The notes under the pieces: model-generated
Told to the model about the DNA's origin: nothing
The model's database searches: none
What the model saw: the letters and a program-made list of their open reading frames with translations, nothing else
Assembly (NCBI GenBank): GCA_005191425.1
Contig: SUPR01000003.1
Span: 1 to 32,000 of the forward strand
Length of the DNA: 32,000 nucleotides
Source of the DNA: Candidatus Helarchaeota ASGARD archaeon Hel_GB_B
Lineage (GTDB): Archaea; Asgardarchaeota; Lokiarchaeia; Helarchaeales; HEL-GB-B
Direction: 5' to 3'
Position numbers and translations under genes: made by a program
Shown here: piece by piece, positions 1 through 8,447 of the stretch
Layout of the letters: the number at the start of each line of letters is the position of its first letter
Numbering within the stretch: the first letter of the stretch is position 1

Positions 1-906
1 TTTCTTTACTGCAGATACCGGTATAATAGGAAATTTGTCCCTCCATTTTTGAGATAGAATCTCATAATTATTTTGCGACGCTATTATATCTCCTCTAGTT
101 GCAACAATAATTACATCTTTAAATACTCTATCAACTTTTATTGCATCTTCAATTATTTCATTTAAAACGGAAATCGACTCTATTGATTCATTAATAACAA
201 CTCTGGCATTATGTATTCCATAAGATTGCAATAATTTTACTATGTCCTTCCTTTCATTGTCAATCCGCGTTCCCTTATTAATTATAACTATTCCTCCCAT
301 TCCAGTTTTTTCGATTTTTATGTCCTTTTTATTATAGATAAATTTTATGTTCACTTCATTCATTTCTTTAATTAGAGTCCGCATCTGATAATCTGGATCT
401 CTCGATAAGTCTATAATGAATAGTATTAAATCACAGTTTCTAACAGTATTAAATTGTTCGCGGTTTTCACTACTCCCCTCATAGAAAGCAGGCAACTCAA
501 TTAATTGAATCTTAATGTCCTCAAATTTTATCATTGCTATCTCGGGTCTGCTTGTAGTAAATCCATAGGTATCTACCTTCGCTATTTCTGATGATGATAA
601 CGCATTAAATAATTGACTTTTACCAGAATTTGTAAATCCTACCATAACAACTTGTCCTGCTCCTTCTTTCTTAATATTATATTCTGATCCACCACCACTA
701 CTTTTACCTATCTCTTTTTTTCTATCTCTCTCGGCTTTTAATTTTACTAATTTTTTTTTCAAATTATGAAGTAATTTTTCAGTTCCCTTGTGTTTAGGAA
801 CTGCACTAATGTATTTCTGAAGTGTATTGATTTTCTCATCCAATGTCGTGGCAGATTCATATTTTTCTTTTGCTTCCAATGCCTCTGGAGATAAATTGAT
901 CGGCAA
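1..906 (-). CDS. OBG/DRG-family (TGS-associated) GTP-binding protein; C-terminus runs off the left edge; TTG start
   Basis: Not in the ORF track; translated by hand from TTG at 906: MPINLSPEALEAKEKYESATTLDEKINTLQKYISAVPKHKGTEKLLHNLKKKL...KKEGAGQVVMVGFTNSGKSQLFNAL...YGFTTSRP...IQLIELPAF...VATRGD...FPIIPVSAVKK. The PKHKGTEKL motif, P-loop GxxNSGKS and PVSA are typical of archaeal DRG-like GTPases. Confidence 0.88.
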   Translation of the reverse strand, partial: MPINLSPEALEAKEKYESATTLDEKINTLQKYISAVPKHKGTEKLLHNLKKKLVKLKAERDRKKEIGKSSGGGSEYNIKKEGAGQVVMVGFTNSGKSQLFNALSSSEIAKVDTYGFTTSRPEIAMIKFEDIKIQLIELPAFYEGSSENREQFNTVRNCDLILFIIDLSRDPDYQMRTLIKEMNEVNIKFIYNKKDIKIEKTGMGGIVIINKGTRIDNERKDIVKLLQSYGIHNARVVINESIESISVLNEIIEDAIKVDRVFKDVIIVATRGDIIASQNNYEILSQKWRDKFPIIPVSAVKK

Positions 907-986
907 TTTTTTCCCTATTTTCAATTTATTAATATTTGTAATTTATATTCAAAAGATATTTTAATTAAAGATTTATTCATAATCTT

Positions 987-2981
987 ATGTATCAAAAGCA
1001 CAAATTATTAACTTTATTTTATATATCAATTTTATTCTTGTCCTCTTTTGAATTCACTACACATCCAATTAATTTTAGTATATTATTTTCTTCAAAACCC
1101 AATAATTGGATTAATAACAACAATTTAATCCTAGTAAAATCTCAAGATTTTAACATAAATAGTGTTTCTAACAAAATTTCAGACGATTTGTTATCAATAA
1201 TAGAAAAATCACCAGAATCTCAAGTAAAGATAATTGTATATCTAAACAATGATAAGTTAAACAAAGAAATAAATATTTTTAATGTAAATGATAATACCTC
1301 TTCATTAGAAAAATACCGATCTTCTCTTTATAATCTCCAACTCCATGAAAATACTCCATTAATTGACCATGTATCCGATGAAATTATAAAATTAGGTGGC
1401 GAAATATTAGGGAGCTCAGTAATATTAAATGCAATATCTGTAAAAATTAAGGCAAAAAATATCGTCCTTGTCAGTAAATTACCTCATGTTATTAAAATTG
1501 AAAAAAATTTTCAAATAAAAACCCGTTTAAATTATAGTGTTCCTTCAATCACAAATTATACTGGCTCTGACCCGTCATTTCGATGGAATTATAATTTATA
1601 TAACGGTTCTGGGATCATAGTTGGTGTAATTGATACTGGAATTTATAAAAGTCATCCGGCATTAGCTGGAAAAGTTATCCAAGAAAAAGATTTTACTGGT
1701 GGGTCGAACCCTAACGATTTGGATGGGCATGGCACTCATGTCGCAGGAATAATCGCAAGCAGTAATTCCCTTTATAGAGGTGTCGCTCCTGGTGTAAATC
1801 TTATAAACATAAAATCTTTAAATACTGCAGGTGTAGGCAATTCTTTTCAAGTTATTCAAGGAGTTGAATGGGCTTTAATTGAAAATAATTTTAGTATTGA
1901 TATTCTTACAATGAGTGCTGGTGCTACTGTTGAAGCTAATGGGACAAATGGTTTTTCATGTTTTGTAGATTATATTGTTAAATATTATAAGGTAATTTGG
2001 GTTAATGCAGCTGGAAATAATGGCCCTTCCTCCAAAAGTCTGGATGTTCCCGCCGATGCTTATAATTGTATATCTGTAGGTAATATTGATGATGGAAATA
2101 ATATAGATAGAAGTTCTGATACCATTGCTTCCTCCAGCAGTCGTGGACCTACATGGGATATTCCCAGAATTAAACCAGATATTGTCGCACCCGGACAAAA
2201 TATAATTTCTTGTAATAATGGTATTGGTTTCGTATCAAAAAGCGGTACAAGTATGGCTACTCCACATGTGGCTGGCGCAGCTGCTCTCCTCTGGCAATAT
2301 TATAAAAAAAATTCAATTCCAGGAATTTCTGAAAACAATTATCCTATGTTAATTAAAGCAATATTATTACACACCGCTGAAGATAAAGGGACTCCTGGCC
2401 CTGATTATAGTTATGGTTATGGTTATTTGGACATTGTTGCTGCAAATAAATTTAGCAAATATGGGCATGCTCTGATTGATTCATTTAACTCATTTGGCTC
2501 CTCAGTTTATAAATATAAATTTGTAATAACGAAGAATTCTAAATTCAATATTAGTTTATTATGGTATAAGGACGCTACATATGACCTTACACACCATTTA
2601 TACACAGGTTGGCAAAATAATGCGATTACTAATTTGAATTTGTTTATAGAAAATGCTAACTTTCAAACAATAGCATCATCAGCTAGTTTATACGATAATT
2701 TTGAAAATTTAAAGGTGAATTTAACACCTGGTACCTATTATATTAAAGTTAATGTTGTAAACAGATATCTATGGTCAAGTCCAGAACAATTTATTTTAAT
2801 ATCATCAGCTCCTCTTGAAAAAATATTTTGGTTAGATACATATACCATTTTATTCATTGTATTAATCGTTGGTTCTGTTAGTGCACTTGTAATTTTAGTA
2901 ATTTATTATTTTAAATCAGGTAGTAATAAAACTCCCGATGAAATTGTGGACTTTGGATATTCAGAGGAAACAGGAATTTAG
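987..2981 (+). CDS. Subtilisin-like S8 serine protease with hydrophobic N-terminus, prodomain, C-terminal beta domain and a C-terminal TM anchor
   Basis: Catalytic motifs VIDTG (Asp), HGTHVAG (His), AAGN (oxyanion Asn) and GTSMATPHVAGAAAL (Ser). Hydrophobic segment ILFIVLIVGSVSALVILVIYYF is followed by a short acidic tail. Confidence 0.95.
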   Translation: MYQKHKLLTLFYISILFLSSFEFTTHPINFSILFSSKPNNWINNNNLILVKSQDFNINSVSNKISDDLLSIIEKSPESQVKIIVYLNNDKLNKEINIFNVNDNTSSLEKYRSSLYNLQLHENTPLIDHVSDEIIKLGGEILGSSVILNAISVKIKAKNIVLVSKLPHVIKIEKNFQIKTRLNYSVPSITNYTGSDPSFRWNYNLYNGSGIIVGVIDTGIYKSHPALAGKVIQEKDFTGGSNPNDLDGHGTHVAGIIASSNSLYRGVAPGVNLINIKSLNTAGVGNSFQVIQGVEWALIENNFSIDILTMSAGATVEANGTNGFSCFVDYIVKYYKVIWVNAAGNNGPSSKSLDVPADAYNCISVGNIDDGNNIDRSSDTIASSSSRGPTWDIPRIKPDIVAPGQNIISCNNGIGFVSKSGTSMATPHVAGAAALLWQYYKKNSIPGISENNYPMLIKAILLHTAEDKGTPGPDYSYGYGYLDIVAANKFSKYGHALIDSFNSFGSSVYKYKFVITKNSKFNISLLWYKDATYDLTHHLYTGWQNNAITNLNLFIENANFQTIASSASLYDNFENLKVNLTPGTYYIKVNVVNRYLWSSPEQFILISSAPLEKIFWLDTYTILFIVLIVGSVSALVILVIYYFKSGSNKTPDEIVDFGYSEETGI

Positions 2982-3580
2982 ATTAATACTTCTTGATTTT
3001 TTTTAATTTCGATCAGCATTATTTTTTCAAAAAAATATTTTTCTTCTTTAAGAATCTTAAATTCCATTGATTTATTTTTAATGGTCTCAAAAATTTCTTT
3101 TGGACGGGATAATGATGAAATTATTATTAAAATTCGACTTTTTAAATGGACATAATTATCGACCATTTCAAGAAATTCTAAAATGATTTCATTTCCTTTT
3201 TCTCCTCCACTCCAAGATTTTGCAAGTAAGTCGCTTTTATCACATGTCCCTGGTAGATATGGTGGGTTGAAAATAATAACATCAAAACAATATGGAATAA
3301 GTGGGTTTAGCAAATTCCCGACCAAAAAATTAATTCGATTTTCGACCTTATTTAATCTGGAATTTTTTAATGCACATTTAATTGCTATAGGCGAAATATC
3401 TATACTAATTACATGTGCCCCTCTCGCCGCAGCTATAATCGATAATAATCCACACCCTGTCCCTACCTCTAAAACAAAATCCCCCTTGTTTATCTCCAAA
3501 TTTTCCGCAAATAAAAAACTGTCATCACATGGCTCATAAACTTGATCTAAAATTTCGAATTTAAGTCCTAAATATTCCAA
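2978..3580 (-). CDS. HemK2/N6AMT1(Mtq2)-like protein glutamine methyltransferase
   Basis: VYEPCDDSFL, motif I VLEVGTGCG, IIFNPPY and WSGGEKG match the archaeal HemK2 pattern; lies directly downstream of rsmA, as is common in archaea. Confidence 0.9.
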   Translation of the reverse strand: MEYLGLKFEILDQVYEPCDDSFLFAENLEINKGDFVLEVGTGCGLLSIIAAARGAHVISIDISPIAIKCALKNSRLNKVENRINFLVGNLLNPLIPYCFDVIIFNPPYLPGTCDKSDLLAKSWSGGEKGNEIILEFLEMVDNYVHLKSRILIIISSLSRPKEIFETIKNKSMEFKILKEEKYFFEKIMLIEIKKNQEVLI

Positions 3581-4428
3581 TATTCTTTCAACTCAGTATT
3601 ATATTCATTTAAATAATCAAATATCTCCTTAATTTTTGAATTATCAAGATTTCGTACTCTTAATTCCCTATATGGCAATTTTTCAATAAAATTATCTATA
3701 AATTTCCGATCAAGTTTCATTCTTTTTAGTCTATTCTTCATGACCTTTTGTACTAATTGATTTTTATGGTTGAATAATTTATTTACTAAATAAAAATATC
3801 GATCTTCATTTTCAACATGGATCACTGGCGTTTTAGGCATAATTTTTAACAGAATAGAGTCTACCTGGGGAATTGGATAAAAATTTTTCCTTGATATATT
3901 CATAATATATTTTATATTAGTATTATAATTAACTCTGACTGTTAACCTACTATAATTTGCAGAATTCGGCTTGGCAAATAATCTCTGCCCAAATTCTAAC
4001 TGAAAAGTTATTACACAGTCCTTGTATTGGCTTCGTATAATTTTAAGTAATAAAGGTGAGGAAATATTATATGGCGGATTTGATATTATTTTTTTATTTT
4101 TAAAAATTGAATCTTCTAGTTTTAGAACATTTTCATTTACTATTTCTACATTATTATATTCAATTAATTCTTTTCTTAATATTTTTACAAGTTCTTTATC
4201 TATTTCAATCGCAGTTACATGTTTTACTTTCTCAGCTAAAATTCTCGTTAAATTTCCAATACCTGCTCCAATTTCAATTACTCTGTCATTACTTACTAAA
4301 TTTCCTGCCTCTACTTCTTTTAATAATATATCCTTATTTATTAAGAAATGCTGGGATTTTAATTTTGATAATTTAATTCCATTACTTTTCAAGATCGACC
4401 TTATTTGAGAATACATGTTATTTATCAA
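3568..4428 (-). CDS. rsmA: 16S rRNA adenine dimethyltransferase (KsgA/Dim1); true start may be the ATG at 4416
   Basis: SQHFL, IEIGAGIG, AIEID, ISNPPYNISSPLL, FQLEFGQRL, YSRLTV, FYPIPQVDS. Confidence 0.95.
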   Translation of the reverse strand: MINNMYSQIRSILKSNGIKLSKLKSQHFLINKDILLKEVEAGNLVSNDRVIEIGAGIGNLTRILAEKVKHVTAIEIDKELVKILRKELIEYNNVEIVNENVLKLEDSIFKNKKIISNPPYNISSPLLLKIIRSQYKDCVITFQLEFGQRLFAKPNSANYSRLTVRVNYNTNIKYIMNISRKNFYPIPQVDSILLKIMPKTPVIHVENEDRYFYLVNKLFNHKNQLVQKVMKNRLKRMKLDRKFIDNFIEKLPYRELRVRNLDNSKIKEIFDYLNEYNTELKEYWNI

Positions 4429-4477
4429 TTTGATTATTAATTTTTAAATAAATAAATCATCTTATCATTAATAAAAT

Positions 4478-5161
4478 CTATTCAAAATAATCTGTAATTT
4501 TTTTAATAGTTTTTCTCTCTTCTTTTTTAAAAATGTTGAATTCATGGTCTAGATTTAAAATTTTCTGCATTTTTAATGGCATAAGATTTTTTGCAAATTT
4601 TACATTCCTTTTTTCTTGGATATATTGTGAATTATAGTAATATTTCCAGTCATTTTTACTGAATTTTCCAAGATTAATTCTTTTAGATGTATTTTTTTTA
4701 ATAAATTTTAAAAAAGTATCAAATTCTTTCTCATTTAAGATGTAAAATTTCTTTTTAAACCGTCTATAATTTATTTTAATATCTGTTTTTTTGGTCCCTA
4801 AATAAATTTGAAATTTATTTTTTAGGCAGATAAAAAATTCCGGAAATCTATTGCAGAAAAAACCTAAAAGTAAGTCATAGATATCATGTTCCGAATTTAT
4901 TGTGGACATAAGTATCATTTCAGGGAATAATTCAAAATGTGCCCACCCTTTAACTCTATGAAATTCAGTTGCGACCTCTCCAGCCATTTTATAAAGGTTT
5001 TTAGCTTCTAAGGAAACTTTATTTATAAATAAATCCGGATTTTTAACGTAATTAGTCATAATTTTTTCAATTAAATTTGAATTTTTCGCATTTTTATGGC
5101 GTTTTGCCCAAAAAATTAGATTATTAATATCATTTCTAAATAGTTTTAAATTGTAACTCAA
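4478..5161 (-). CDS. DUF4130 / TIGR03915-type putative DNA metabolism protein
   Basis: VATEFHRVKGWAHF, EHDIYDLLLGFFCNRF and WKYYYNSQYIQEKRN...LMP resemble the DUF4130 conserved blocks; 26 nt downstream of its usual radical SAM partner. Confidence 0.8.
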   Translation of the reverse strand: MSYNLKLFRNDINNLIFWAKRHKNAKNSNLIEKIMTNYVKNPDLFINKVSLEAKNLYKMAGEVATEFHRVKGWAHFELFPEMILMSTINSEHDIYDLLLGFFCNRFPEFFICLKNKFQIYLGTKKTDIKINYRRFKKKFYILNEKEFDTFLKFIKKNTSKRINLGKFSKNDWKYYYNSQYIQEKRNVKFAKNLMPLKMQKILNLDHEFNIFKKEERKTIKKITDYFE

Positions 5162-5187
5162 TTTTTTTGACCCGACATTTAATGTTC

Positions 5188-6399
5188 CTAATATTTAATA
5201 TTTGTAACATATTTTTGAGAAAAATACTCATCAAGAGATGATTGACGCTTACCATTTACTAGGATAAATGGCTTGGCACGCTTGATTATAACTCCCATAT
5301 TTTTTAATTGAACAAATGAAGTAATTTTGTTTTTTCCATCTTTTATAAATCTATAAATTCTTTTAGCGGATAATGGTCCAATCCCTGGTACCTTCAATAG
5401 ATCTTCTAAATTAGCCTCATTAACTTCAAGTGGAAATAAATCTGAATGAAATTTCTGTGCCGAATAAATTTTCGGGTCTTTATCAAGTGGTATATTGTGT
5501 TTTTCATCAAAATACAATTCGTTAAATTTAAATTTATAGATTCTTAACAACCAATCACATTGATACAATCTATGTTCTCTAATTGATGGTGTTGCATTAT
5601 AATTCTCCAAAGGTGTTCCTTTTATGGGCATAAATGCCGAATAATATCCTCTGTTTAAATTTAATTTTTGATAACACCAATTATTCATTTTCAAAATTTC
5701 AAAATCAGATTCATTTGCTGCACCTACTACATATTGAGTTGTAAATCCAGAAGGTATATATTTTCTATCTCTATTTTCATAAGTTCTTTTATTTTTTAAC
5801 CCTTTAATCCATGATAATCTTGTAAGTATATCTGTCTTATATTCTTTTGTTGAACTTAGATCGCTAAATCTTGATCTATTTGGTGCCTCTAAATTTATGC
5901 TTATCCTATCGGCTATCAAGGCTGCTTCTTTAATTAACGAATAAGATGTTCCAGGTAATATTTTCAAATGAATATATCCCCTAAAATTGTATTTTTCTCT
6001 TAAAATATGCACTGTTTCCAGCATTCTCATCATTGATTTTTCGACATCTCCACAGACAGCAGATGATAAAAACAATCCTTCCACATAATTTCTTATATAA
6101 TAATTCAAAAATAATTTTGATAGTTCCTCTGGCTCAAATGATATTTTAGCCTTCTGATACGCGTGGCTCATATTTGTAGAATTTAAACAATACTTACAAT
6201 CATGTATACATTTGTTTGTATACAAAACTTTTAATAAGCAAACGCGCCTTCCATCTGGTAATACTGAATGACATAATCCAGAAGGAAGTACATTCCCTAT
6301 TCTATTCTTTTGCTTAGTTTTTCGATAAGAATAACTTGATTGACAAATATCATATTTAGCTGCAGCACCTAATACCGTTAACTTCTGATTAGCATCCAA
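5188..6399 (-). CDS. Putative DNA modification/repair radical SAM protein (TIGR03916-like) with C-terminal helix-hairpin-helix
   Basis: KLTVLGAAAKYD, LLKVLYTNKCIHDCKYC (CxxxCxxC), YVEGLFLSS, GYIHLKILPG, ADRISINLE, REHRLYQCDWLLRIY, LLKVPGIGPLSAKRI. Confidence 0.93.
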   Translation of the reverse strand: MDANQKLTVLGAAAKYDICQSSYSYRKTKQKNRIGNVLPSGLCHSVLPDGRRVCLLKVLYTNKCIHDCKYCLNSTNMSHAYQKAKISFEPEELSKLFLNYYIRNYVEGLFLSSAVCGDVEKSMMRMLETVHILREKYNFRGYIHLKILPGTSYSLIKEAALIADRISINLEAPNRSRFSDLSSTKEYKTDILTRLSWIKGLKNKRTYENRDRKYIPSGFTTQYVVGAANESDFEILKMNNWCYQKLNLNRGYYSAFMPIKGTPLENYNATPSIREHRLYQCDWLLRIYKFKFNELYFDEKHNIPLDKDPKIYSAQKFHSDLFPLEVNEANLEDLLKVPGIGPLSAKRIYRFIKDGKNKITSFVQLKNMGVIIKRAKPFILVNGKRQSSLDEYFSQKYVTNIKY

Positions 6400-6552
6400 A
6401 ATTATTACCTAAAAAGTTTAGATAAAATTATTTAATAGTAAACTAACTTTAATCGTTTTTGTTTTTTTGTCGATATTTTAATTTTTTTTATTAATTGTTT
6501 CATTTATCTAATTAGTCGTACATAGAGTTCATCGAAAATAAAAAATTTTAAT

Positions 6553-7680
6553 CTACTCAGAAACTTTTTCTATTATAAAAAATGGAAAAATTGGGGCTAA
6601 TAATTCAGTAGCTTTCTCAAATACCATTAAATCTCTAACATCATTTTTAATTTCTTTCTGAAATTTTAACTCAAAATTCTTTAAAAATAAAATTAATGCT
6701 TTATCTAAAAAATAAGTAACTTTATCAGTTATTAATAGTGCTACAGTTTTTTCTCCTGTTTCCATTAGGATACTAAGCCTCTTGCTTGAAATTTCACTTA
6801 TTGCTGTTTCTTCTTTAAAAATTTCTTTAAACACATTATTTATGGCTGATATCATCCCTGACAATAAAACCTCTTCTACGTTAATTTTTTTACGAGTCTT
6901 AAACCGAACTGAATATAAAGGAGTACCTGATTTTTCAAGTACCATTAGCAAATAATTATCATTCGGTAATCTATAAAGATAATTTATATTACTTAAGTAA
7001 GTAATTACAAACATAATTATTCCAATGAATGGGAATATATTTGCATAATTTGATAAATCATTTATTAAATCAGGTTTTGGGATCGATATTGTAAATACAT
7101 TTAAAATAAAGTACATATCGTTTAATAAAGAAATTATAAACCCAAAACTAACAAAAACTAATGCTACAAATAATATTATTGGCATTTTTTCTTTTGTATA
7201 AATATATGTCTTTATATAAATAACTGAACCCATTCCTAAATATACAAATAAAGCTGGCGTCCAATATCCAATATCCGCAAGAACCCAAGCAATATCTGCA
7301 TTGAGTGAATTAACCCGGCAATAAAATACTTGCCATAATCCAATTGTTTGTATTATTAAAAAGCCCGTCATAATCGAAAGTCTTATAGAATTAAGTTTTT
7401 TTGATATTAATTGCTCAAAAAAGATATAAAAGAAAAAGAAATGAAGTCCATACAAATTTAAATGTAATGATTGGAAAAAATTACTAATATTTGTATAACT
7501 TGAGAAAAATAATTCATTAATAATCGCTACCAATCCAGCTAAAAATCCAAATGTCAAACTTATCAAAAATGACCACGCTGTTTTGTGATATCTTATCATT
7601 TGAATTGTAAATAATATCACTAATATTCCAAATGCTATTGTTATAAGCAAGATTGTCCATTCAGTAATTCCTAAAGCCAT
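6553..7680 (-). CDS. Predicted 7-TM membrane protein with C-terminal longin-like domain
   Basis: Seven hydrophobic segments in aa ~8-230. The soluble aa ~241-368 region (LLMVLEKSGTPLYSVRF...LLSGMISAINNVFKEIF...LFLKNFELKF...FEKATELLAPIF) follows the longin-like pattern common in Asgard proteins. Confidence 0.72.
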   Translation of the reverse strand: MALGITEWTILLITIAFGILVILFTIQMIRYHKTAWSFLISLTFGFLAGLVAIINELFFSSYTNISNFFQSLHLNLYGLHFFFFYIFFEQLISKKLNSIRLSIMTGFLIIQTIGLWQVFYCRVNSLNADIAWVLADIGYWTPALFVYLGMGSVIYIKTYIYTKEKMPIILFVALVFVSFGFIISLLNDMYFILNVFTISIPKPDLINDLSNYANIFPFIGIIMFVITYLSNINYLYRLPNDNYLLMVLEKSGTPLYSVRFKTRKKINVEEVLLSGMISAINNVFKEIFKEETAISEISSKRLSILMETGEKTVALLITDKVTYFLDKALILFLKNFELKFQKEIKNDVRDLMVFEKATELLAPIFPFFIIEKVSE

Positions 7681-7770
7681 CTGAATATACCTATAATATT
7701 GTTTATTTTTTATTGTAATGTAATAAATTAATTATAAAAATTTAATCGGCTGATTTTTGAGAAAATAATT

Positions 7771-8442
7771 TTAAAAGTAAAAATTTTCTGCTCTCAATTT
7801 TTTAATAATTTTCAAAACTTCATCATTATTTAAATCTCGCCAATGTTTATATGCATCAGCAACGGCAAAATATGAAACATCCCTAATATTTGGGCAAATT
7901 ACTTTTGCATAATCTGATAACAATTCAACACTTGATTTTGGTGCAGTTGGGACTGCAATAACTACTTCTGAAGGATTATAATTTATAACTGATTTAACTC
8001 CAGCAAGCATTGTATAACCACTTGCAAGTCCATCATCTACCATTACCACAATTTTATCTTTAACTTTTTTTCTGAAGTCTGTATAATCAATCCCATAGTA
8101 TTTAATGCGGTCATATATATCTGCTTTTGTTTTTACAATTATTTGTTCTATCTGAAATCGTGTTAGATGTAAATAATTTAACAATTTATCATTGAAAATT
8201 ACCATCCCATCCATTGTTACCGCGCCAAACCCTGCTTCAGGATTATATGGTATCTGTAATTTTCTTACAACCAATAAAGTCATCTTTCCTCCAAGTTCTT
8301 CAACAATTTCTGCAGCCACCGGAACGCCACCATTAGGTATTGCAATTACTCTAATATCTTTTTCTTTATAATTTTTTAATAAATCGACAAGCTTTTTTCC
8401 TGCATCATATCTATCGTCATACATATATTTTCCGTCCATCAA
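7771..8442 (-). CDS. Type I phosphoribosyltransferase family protein (COG1926-like)
   Basis: DRYDAGKKL, AIPNGGVPVA, VVRKLQIPYNPEAGFGAV, PRPP loop VMVDDGLASGYTM, VIAVPTAP. Confidence 0.9.
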   Translation of the reverse strand: MMDGKYMYDDRYDAGKKLVDLLKNYKEKDIRVIAIPNGGVPVAAEIVEELGGKMTLLVVRKLQIPYNPEAGFGAVTMDGMVIFNDKLLNYLHLTRFQIEQIIVKTKADIYDRIKYYGIDYTDFRKKVKDKIVVMVDDGLASGYTMLAGVKSVINYNPSEVVIAVPTAPKSSVELLSDYAKVICPNIRDVSYFAVADAYKHWRDLNNDEVLKIIKKLRAENFYF

Positions 8443-8447
8443 ATTTT

